Assembly: GCA_000165425.1 (NCBI GenBank)
Contig: CT868077.1
Span: 1-64,000 of the forward strand
Reading direction: 5' to 3'
DNA from: Paramecium tetraurelia
Lineage: Eukaryota
Length of the DNA: 64,000 nucleotides
Shown here: piece after piece, positions 53,912-64,000 of the stretch
Layout of the letters: the number at the start of each line of letters is the position of its first letter
How positions within the stretch are numbered: position 1 is the stretch's first letter
Translations under genes and position numbers: made by a program
The notes under the pieces: model-generated
Databases searched by the model: none
Seen by the model: the letters and a program-made list of their open reading frames with translations, nothing else
What the model was told of the DNA's origin: nothing

Positions 53912-54922
53912 TCAAAAATCATAAAATGATCGATGAGCTGACTCTGAGCATTTGATTTCAGCTAATTAGACGCACAAATAAGTTATCTAAACTCATTAAC
54001 AAAAAACTAATTAGCCTTTTATTGTGTAATAACTTAATGTTCACAAATTAATTCAATTATTTTAATATTGTTTTAATAAGATAATCTTCTTCATATAAAT
54101 ACCAATTTATTAATAATTATCATAACAAAAAATCGAGTTTGCCCTTTAAAAATTATCTCTTGTGAAAACACTATTAATTTGATTTCTTTATTTCTTTTAA
54201 ATACTTTCTAAAATTGTCTAAATCACATTGCAAGTCATCCAGTTTTTATAAATTATTGTTATTTTTTTATACTAGATATTCTCTTTTTCTATAAAAAGGA
54301 CTTCCAATTTGCTTGTATGATGAACTATTCTATAAATTTCTCTTGGGTACTGAAATTTATCGGGGTGTAAAATATTCACAATTTTTTATCCTCTGTTTTA
54401 TAGGGACTATAGTTTTTTCTGAATTTGAATACTATGAAATGAGCTTTTTCATCTCCTCAGAAGAATTCTGAAATTACTCTTAAACTAATTCAGAATATTG
54501 CTCAAAGAGCTTCCTTAATTAACATTAAAATACTTGAGTGGACTCAAAGGTTTCTTAGTTGATTTTATCATGAGATATTCGTTTGTGTGTTCATTTTTTG
54601 GACTTTACTAAATCTATTATGGAGTTTCCATCTCATATGATGTTTCAGGCTTAGTTGACTCCAAGAAGATCGGTTTTTCTATATAACTTTCAAGGATGAA
54701 AGGATGGCGCAAAGTTTTAATCGCTTTCATGACCTACTACTCTTTAATTGATCTTTCCCTACTTTATTTTTCCCATTTTTTAATTTATTAACCTACTAGA
54801 TTTGTGCTTTCTCCAATAAAGTTTTTGATTTAAAAACTGGGGTCAATCTTCTAAAATTTATTTTAAATGTTTGCCAAGATCTGTTATTTTTGAAAACTTG
54901 TGGTTCTAGATCGATCAGACAT
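53912..54922 (-). CDS. Hypothetical protein
   Basis: Open code-6 frame from MSDRSRTTSFQKQQILANI; the 3' end is approximate. Confidence 0.55.
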
Positions 54923-55412
54923 TTTGCTAAATAAATAAATATATAACTTTGACTTTATTAAAATTAGTTGTTAATATTTAATTATTTGTGACTATTCTAG
55001 TCATGAAGTGATCAAAAAGTACAGGATTGTGGAAAAGAAGAATGATCATTCAATAGAAAGTAAATGATTATCTTTAAATAATTAATCATATTGTGTATTA
55101 TTACAAACATCTTTATTTTTATATTGACTTAATTACTGTCAAAAAGCTTTAAAACAATTCAAATAATTCCCAAAGATGATTCTTAATATGAGTTTCTTTT
55201 AATGTTATACTTTTTTTAATGAATTATAGAGGATAATTTCATCCTTTCAAATGCTTCTAATGTATAAGTCTCATTAATATATCTAATTTAATTTAAATGA
55301 AAATAATAAAGAAATTTAACTAGTTTCTTATTGAAATATAGCTTATATAGAAACTAATGAGTTTAGAATTAATAGAAGAATTTTTGAGTAAAATAATATT
55401 AATTTTGATTAA

Positions 55413-56260
55413 ATGTTGAGTCCTGAATAAATTTACTCGATTGTTTATAAAACAGATTCTGGAATTGATGGATATGCGATCCCTAGATTTTATCATGACC
55501 CAGCTGAAATGATGAGAAATCGTGATTTGTTAAAACAGATAGAAAAAAGTAAGTTTCATTATGATTATGCTTTTAGAATAAGCTCACAAGAAACATGAAA
55601 CAAAAAGAGGTAGCTATTTAGATGATTATACGAAAATGTATAAAAGCTATCCAAGTCCTTTATAATATTAATCATACTCTATTCAAAAGATTCCAGAGAA
55701 GAAAGTTAAATATCCCAATCGATTGACTTTATTTGAATAATTACAAAAGGAATAAAAAAGAGCGAATAATCCTCCTGTTGGAACTTATAACGTTGGAAAA
55801 ACACAGGAGTAAATAGAAAAAGAACTCAAAGTACTAAAAACCAGAAAAGTCAAAGCACTATAAAGACCTGATACTTATGAGGATGCGATGGCTCACAGCA
55901 TTATGGTTCCCGGTCCTGGAAATTACAATCCACATGTGAGATATTCAAAAATTATAAAAGTCATTCCTACCAAAAATCAAAGTAAATAATACAAAACCTG
56001 AAGATTGGAGAAAAAAGCATAACACTGAAAAAAATAAGAGTCTACCTCAACTTCCTCCTGTTGGTACTTACACCCCTATTGTAAGCGATTCTTTTGCAAA
56101 GATTCAAACCTCTGCTCCTGCTAAACGAGCCTATTGGGGAGGTGAGAAACGATTCAAAGGACTTTTTGGAAGTTCTTCTATTGGTCCAGGTCCTGGAACT
56201 TATGCATAACTAAGCAAATTATTAGTAAAAGGAGTTGAAAAATCGATTTACCAAGATTGA
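55413..56260 (+). CDS. SHIPPO-repeat (ODF3/STPG-like) microtubule-associated protein
   Basis: Repeats PPVGTYN, PGPGNYNP, PPVGTYTP and PGPGTYA. Confidence 0.8.
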
Positions 56261-56371
56261 AATAATAAAATAGTTTTTTTTATTATAAAAATTAATAATT
56301 ATATAATAAGATTTTAATTTTGAGAAAAAATATGTTGATCAGAAAAATTGATTTACATATAAATTATAATT

Positions 56372-57350
56372 ATGAATAATAAGAAAATATATTATACAAA
56401 ATAATTTAATAACAACCTTATTATCATAATTAATTTAAACATGCAGATTAGAATGAGTAGTTACATGTGCTGTTATAATTTGTACAATTTAAGAGGTTAT
56501 AATAACCAACCGCCAATTGGAAGTTTTCTAAATAGTAATTACGTCTGCAACGCTTAAATCGACATATATATTTAGCTCGGAGCTTTAACAATTTAATCAT
56601 AACAGTATTAAAAGAATCAATGTAAACTAAAATATTTGGCAATCCACACTCATCAAATAGAGAAGTTCATCTTTCCTAAGATTTGATAATAATTTGGAAT
56701 ATTTAAATATTCAATATTGTCTCTCTAAATAGGTAGTTAAAAGATAAATATACAAGACATTGGGAAAAATAGTATACTCATTGGAATTAAACTATGGTTT
56801 TTATATAAAGAGTTATTAATTCCTCATAAGAATATCTATATTTTTTTATATTCTCTAAAGATAAAATAACTTTCAACAATTGCTTCTATGCATGTAACGA
56901 TTTGAAATCAGAAATTAGATATAATTTCGATCAGATTGTTGGATGATTTAATTATTCAAGTTGGGAAGATTTGAAATCTTTTCAACATTTACCTATTTCT
57001 AATCTGTGTAAGGCGGATTTTATATAAAAGCCAATTAAATACTGAATATCACAGATCTTGATGCTGTATTAATTTTTGATATTTATGAAAGTGTAATAAT
57101 TATATAAGTAAAGGAACATCAGATACTTTTCATGAATATAAATGCAAGTAAGTTTAGTTATTTATGTAAACTTTGAGTATTCTCATTAATTTGTAACAAA
57201 CATCTTATTATAATTTTTATCAAATAAAATGAAATAAATAATTGGAATGGTGATAAATCATATATTTATCAAGAGTACTTAAGTGAATTAAAATAATAGG
57301 TAATTTTTTAATTAATCTACTGAGCGAGTATGAGGAAGACGATACTTTGA
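56372..57350 (+). pseudogene. Probable decayed membrane-protein gene
   Basis: About 240 open codons starting with a hydrophobic segment (VVTCAVIICTI), but preceded by an in-frame TGA near 56454 and truncated by further TGAs. Confidence 0.35.
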
Positions 57351-57926
57351 ATGAATGCAAATAAAATCTAGCCAATAAATTCTCATTGAATGGTTCTTCA
57401 ATCCTTAATTGTACTTTATTAAATTATATTAAAAAATTGATTCTGTTAATTAAAATTTATATTAGGCTCAACTTTTTATTTTATTGAAATAATTATTTAG
57501 AATTAAATTAGTGTTTGAATTTTAGAATTATTCAGCAACCTAAAGTTGTAAGCTTAATAAATATATTTAATGGTAATAAAGAATTTCAAAAAATGAGCGC
57601 CTCAGAAAAATTATAATTTAGAATCAAAATGAAATTTATATATTAAAATGAATTTATTTAAAAAAATTTATAAATATACACTATTTATCCAGAATCTTAA
57701 ACAGAAAATTAATTGTAGGTTTTCCTATAATTAAAATATAGAGTTACATCAATTCAAATTGAGGATTTTAAAAACTTTTCTTAATCTTCTATGACAGTTA
57801 TTCAACAACTGAGAAATTAAAAGATCAAATTTCTTAATCAAAACATCTTCAATGATTATATTAGTTTTGCTATATAATTTTATGAATAAAACCAAAATTT
57901 GATCTTACTATTAATGATATTATTAA

Positions 57927-59537
57927 ATGAAAATTAGATCATAAGAAAAATTATCAAATTGTTCAAAATCACTTAATCACTAGATTTCGAAACTGAAAAT
58001 GAGTACTATTTTACTTATTTACTCATTTTCTATCTTTTGTTTATCATTTTTGATACTGTTAGTCTGCTCAAATGTACAAATGAATGTTGCTACAAATTAA
58101 GTACAAGAAATATCAGAATAATTATTGCCACTACAAAATAATAGGTATTAAATTATTCGACAATAGGGCCCTAAACATCTAATCAAAAGAAATCATCGCC
58201 ATTTTAAACTTTACTTTTTATATGATAACCACAAAAATGACAAAATTGAGTATAATCAATTATTGGTCAAGCTCAATCGATTTGAAGATAAATCAAGAAA
58301 TTATGCCTTGCAAAGTGTCACAATAGTTTGATGACAATATTTAAAAGTATTTTGCGTGCTACTCTAATTCAGAGTATTTTCAGTAAAGCAAAATAGAAGA
58401 TGTATAATTTTTTAAATTACTGAATCTTCTTTATATTAATCAATACACGTTTGATTTTTTTATAGTTTCACAATAGATATACCTGGTCTCATTTTTAGAT
58501 AATTTATTGACTGGATATTATCCAACTAAATTGAAAAATGAAACCTTAGAAATAATATAGCGAGAATGGTTCATAAATTATATGATAGAGCTTAAACAAA
58601 GCGAATAGTTCCAGGCTTACAAGCTATCTCCGACCATAAGGATGGAAAATTACGATTATTTAATGTCAGCATTTTCAATGGTTTTATTTGATTCCAAATA
58701 TATGGTAGGTGGAATAGGATCACTCCTAATTAATCTTCGTAATATTGAATAATTTGTCTATGTTAGTAGCTTAAGTATTATTCTAGTTTATGATGATGGA
58801 TTAATTTTGTATACTAAAAGCTATATCAATTAAGGCATTGCTAAGAGCATGATGTATATCTATGATGAAGAATAGACTGGATTCAATATATCTGATTGGG
58901 ATGATATAAAATATTCGATAAATAATTCTGCCATTCCAGTTTAAAAATACAACAGTTTGCTTAAATGCAATATGTATATTAAAGCATCGCAATAACCAAA
59001 CACTCCGTTAATCTCATTAGTGTATATTTTTTTAATTTATAAAAAAGCTTAACAAACCTAACTTATGAGAATGAAATTATTGCAGTACTTGATGATTAAA
59101 TTGCTATAATCTTATCTTGGTTTACTTAAACTAATTTATACACTATATTAATTAGTATGATTATAATATTAGTTACATTAATACCTTTAAAATATATGTT
59201 TAAATCTACTAATATAGTTATAGATAAGATTATCAGATATTTAAATGGTAAGTTTGACTACAAATTAACCTATGACCTGCTTGATAAAACATAAGTTTCA
59301 TCAAAAAATAATTCATTACATCAGCTTGAAATCTCATATCAAAAATTAGATAAAATTTTAAATAAATCTTAATTCAAAAAATCTGAACTATGTAATATTC
59401 TTGAACACTTTTAATTTGAAAAATCAGAAAATATGAAGCTAAATATTTCCTTTAATAAATTGAATAATTTTAATCAAACATTAAACTTAAAATAATTTAG
59501 TCAACTAATAAAATATCAAATTGAAGAAAGTGAATGA
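57927..59537 (+). CDS. Two-transmembrane protein with a large extracytoplasmic (possibly Cache-like) domain
   Basis: TM1 ILLIYSFSIFCLSFLILLVC; REWFINY...YKLSP...MSAFSMVLFD...MVGGIG; TM2 near 59140-59175; TGA at 59535-59537. Confidence 0.65.
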
Positions 59538-60565
59538 ACAAGAATAGAAAATTGATAATTATTATTACATATTTTCTCACAATCTATAAATTTTTAATCA
59601 TTATTTTGAATTTTATTGGTCTGTATTTAGTGAGGCTACCAATTCTTCTTTGTTACGTTTAGATTTGTATATTGAAAAGAGATTTTATATGATTTATCAT
59701 TTATAAAAATATCTTCTTACAAGAGATTTCTAGAAAAGCAGAAAAAAATGATGATTAAGCCTGAAGAAAAGTTAAAAAATTCAGAAGATTAAAAGTATAA
59801 GGAAAAGTACTAATTTTACATAATATCAAAAAGTTTTCATTAAAATATTAATTATTTACATAATATTTATGGACTCCAAATTAGAGAACAATGAAATAGA
59901 AGAAAAAATAATCATTAGAAAGCCTCCTTGTAATTGCTCTATTTTACATAAAATTTACAATACAAGTAAATTTAATCATTATAGTTTTAGTGAATGCTGC
60001 TTATAAATTAGGGTAATTAACTTTCCAATAAGAAAACAAAGCCAATTAATTTTAAACTTGTGTGAATCCTAAGGAATGATAGGAATCGACTAATTGTATC
60101 TATATTGCATGATTAATAATATTGCCAATTTTTTTAACATAAATAATTATAATTCATTACTCTAATGTTAAATATTTCATTAATAAATTACAAATAAACA
60201 GCAAAAATTATGAAAAATCAATTATAAAAATAGATGGAATTTAATTGATATGTTAATTAATTGCAAGGAATAACCTCTCTGCTAAATTTTACTTATTATC
60301 ATTCTCTCTTTCTATGCAAAAAGTATTCAATAATTATTTCTATTATAAGTGATTTAGTGATCATTATTTTTCATTAAATTGGCTTTATTAGACCAACTTT
60401 AAAGGCACTTTTAATTTCTAGAAATTATACACATAATAATATAATCTAAAATACTATTTTGAATACTTAATTTAAAAAAATGAGACCAAAATAATAATTT
60501 AACATCTTATAAATTAAAATAATAATAGATTATAACATTACTTAAGTGAAATTAATTATAAAGAG

Positions 60566-63500
60566 TCAATTTTCAGCAATAATTGCGCATTTAATGATAT
60601 CAATGCATTTATGTTCAGTCTCAAAGTGATTAAATATTGCTAAGGCCTAAATATAATTCTATTTTTACATCAAGATATTATGTGACACCATTTAGCTCTT
60701 TTAGAGAACTCATGTATATAATGTCATCTAAGACATCTTAAGCATCAGAAATTGTATATTTATAGAAAATGTTCTGTCTGACATGCTTGCCAATTTGTGA
60801 ATATATAAAATTATTTAAGTGGCCAACAATTGTTTTTATAATACCTGAATGGTAGTAATCAAAAGTCTTAAGGATTTAAGGCTCTTAATTTATTAAGCCT
60901 TAAACAATAACTTTTACTTCAACAGCATCAAACTAATTTAATCCAATAATCTCTTAGACGCACCTGAGATATTATTTGTATAGCCATTTGCAATGATTCC
61001 CTGAGTTAAAGAAGAACAAACCTTTAAGAGGATGTTTATTATCTTCAAACCAACTCTTAAGGCTGATTTCTGCTTAATCTATCATATTTTAAGCTTTTTA
61101 GATCTAGTTCAAAAATTAATATGATTCACATTAGATTAGATACATAATCGAGACAAAAGGATGAACCATTTGTTACTTGATGGGTAATATTTTTAAATAT
61201 CCATCAATAGCTCTTTATGCACATTATGAAGCCCAATTATTTATTAATTTATAATTCAGTCCCATTTTGGATGCTTATAAGACACTTAGTTAAAAATCCA
61301 AAATTTTTAATCTGTAATCAATTTCAGTAACATCTGCCACAAAATTTAATTTCAAAGAATAATAGGCTTATTGTTTCTTTTCTTCATTTTATACTTTCTA
61401 CCTAATATCTTCAACTTAATTAGCGGAATCATCGATAAGTTCTCCGATTAGTTTAAAATCTTCAGCAGCTTAGAGAAATTTAAAGTATTCAGCGTATATC
61501 ATTTATAGATAGGAAATATGCACTCTATTTTATAATCCTAATTGTAATTAAAATAATAGATTTATCTTCGGTACCTTCTATTCTAAGTTTACTAAGATTC
61601 GAATGTGATTCAAAATAGCTTCATTTATGAGTTCATTATTAAACAAATGAATGTAATCTGAGTCGGTGCTTTCATCTATTAGGTATTCATATTCAAGTAT
61701 TTTAAGTTGCTTTAAAGTTGCATTTATTGGGTATTCTTGGTGCTAAAAATACTAATTAATTATACTAAGACGTTGTTCACAATAGAGATTATGATCTTTT
61801 CCTATTTAAGAAATGTGTTAATGTATTGAAGAACTTTATGCGAGTACTTTAAGGCATTCTCATAGTCGATTAAATTGATATAATATTTGCATTAGAAATG
61901 AGCTAAAAGAGCGTACATTAAAGTCCCCTCTTTGTAATCATTTAATTTAATTCTACATGTTAAATATTCTATTATACATATATTATTGTTTTGGTTCCAT
62001 CTGACCAGTCATTGAAGTGACAACTTCCAAAAAACATTAATATAAATCCAAGTATCTGACTACATTAGGCTGATGTTTCAATTGTTCTATGCACTCGCAC
62101 AAAATTTCTTAGATCAAAAAGTAGTCCTAATTAATTAAGATATTGAATAAGAGGTATTAGCAATGAAACTTGGAATCATCAAAATATTTAAACTCATTTG
62201 TGTATTCATATAAGTATTTTTATGGATAAGGAATGTACTAAGTGGAATCCTTATAAAGACTTTCTACAATCTATAGATCTTTTTCGAATCCAGGATGTGT
62301 TCTATGGAACATGTAAGCCTAAGATTGAAGTAGTCTAGATGTGAAACAATATATCAAATCTACGATCTCTAATTATTGTAAATAGAGGAACGAGTGTAGT
62401 AGACCAAGAATTATTATTGATGGTTGGAGGTCCTCTGTCATGTTTTCTTCTATCATGTCTATAGTGCTTTTCAAACTGGAATGCTATTTAAGAGTGCAAT
62501 TCATAAATTGGCAAAATATTTGATATTACTAATATTTGGATAAGTTTGAGTCTATCAAAAACTTTCCTGCTTATTTATTATTTATCTAAGTACATTTAAG
62601 TATTTAACAATAGAATTTGGGTTTAGATTAAAATTTTTTAATTTATTTAACAGCATAAATGGCTATTTCGGATTCTTCTTAATCAAGATTTTCGATGTGT
62701 TTAGGTGAATAAGAAAAACAAAGTGACAAAAAGTAAAACATTTGTAATTCCTCCAAACATTATTGGAAAAACCAAGAGTCTTTCTTAATTTTGAATTGGT
62801 TATGTAATTCCTTCAATAGTCTTATATATGAGATCTTGATTGAAATTCTAATCTATTTGCTCTACATCTATCTAGGTATTGAATGACTAATAGGTTAGAA
62901 GTTATCTAAATGCAAGATTTGTTAAATTATCTTAAGTTGAACTAAACAGTTATATGAATCTAGTGTATTAGGTGCTTTACTACTAACTTTAGACACCAAT
63001 ATTTTTCTATTTTCTAGTGTTTGTTTAAGATTGGAAAATAACAATATCTATCTTTTAATGAAATCATCATCATTAGATTAGAAGAGATTTAATTATTTAT
63101 TTTTACCTATCTCCCACCATTTCATAAGGTTGATGGACAAATATTTACCAATTTCACAATTCATTTCTTCCTCCAAATCCTATTCAGGAATATCTTCTTT
63201 CCTTAACAACTTTAATTGATTTTGATAGAACTTAAATACAGGCTCGTATACTCCATTTAGTTCCAAAAAGTCATTGTAATAATATGAAAATTATTCATTT
63301 TTACTGTCGTAGAGATTGATCAAATATAAAAATTTCAAGTAAAGTAATTACGTGCAATATAACTTATCTCCATTAATCAAACAACTGGTTCTCGTTTCTG
63401 TATTGGCTGTTGCTATTTATTCTTCCTCTAAAGGGGATGATTATTCCAGATTAATTAATCCTGGACTATGATCAAGAGGAACATCTAAGAATTAAGGAGC

Positions 63501-64000
63501 TGGCTCTCTTATGACTAGCTTTTCTTAATTGGATATTATCTCCACATATTAGATACCAGCCATTATAAAATTTTAGTTGAAATAGGAATCTATTGCCTGA
63601 ATAGTTGAAAACTGATTTAGATATCTCTGCAATTACGTCTAATATTGAACGATTACAAGTATATAATCTTAATTCTTTCTTAGTGTATTTATGAGATTCA
63701 ATCTTTCAAATGAACTAATAGAGGATTACTTTTCAGAAGTTTATTTCAACTTTCTTTTCAATATAATACATTATTCAATTTCTGATAGATTTTCTAATTT
63801 TACATTTAGACTTAATTATCTAAACATGACTCTAATTTATGCACTGCATCTTCTTAACCCATCTATTAATTAAGTAATCTCACTTTCAAATTCTTTTCTA
63901 AGCGCAAATAGAGCACAAATCTTAAAATAGTATATCAATAAAGTATCCAAAACTTTTTTAATTTCATTCGATCTCAAAATGTATTGACTTAAGTTTTTGG
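60566..64000 (-). CDS. 5'-truncated large hypothetical protein (>1000 aa)
   Basis: Long Leu/Ile-rich code-6 reading with tiny introns, ending ...HKCIDIIKCAIIAEN-TGA (60566-60568). No family recognised. Confidence 0.6.

Overview
This is AT-rich, gene-dense eukaryotic DNA with the features of a Paramecium-type ciliate macronuclear chromosome. TAA/TAG read as Gln, TGA is the only stop, introns are about 20-30 nt (GT...AG), and many intergenic gaps are 30-100 bp. The supplied standard-code ORF track therefore shows only fragments, and I re-read the genes by eye with genetic code 6. About 30 genes are supportable. They include RPL32, clathrin heavy chain, CFAP70, SRP54, importin-beta, CLK- and DYRK-family kinases, an S4/RsuA-RluB-type pseudouridine synthase, a TMX-like thioredoxin, and START, Myb, C2H2, WD40, ankyrin, cytochrome b5, SHIPPO-repeat, PHTF-like and E2-like proteins, plus several coiled-coil proteins. 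The window opens inside a protein-coding array of about 20.5 x 159 bp (53 aa). Several 0.5-2 kb gaps look like decayed genes. Single-base insertions break the frame of clathrin, CFAP70 and the repeat gene, and are most likely assembly errors. I found no tRNA/rRNA genes, transposons, CRISPR arrays or telomeric repeats, and no convincing new multi-gene system. Boundaries are manual and approximate.
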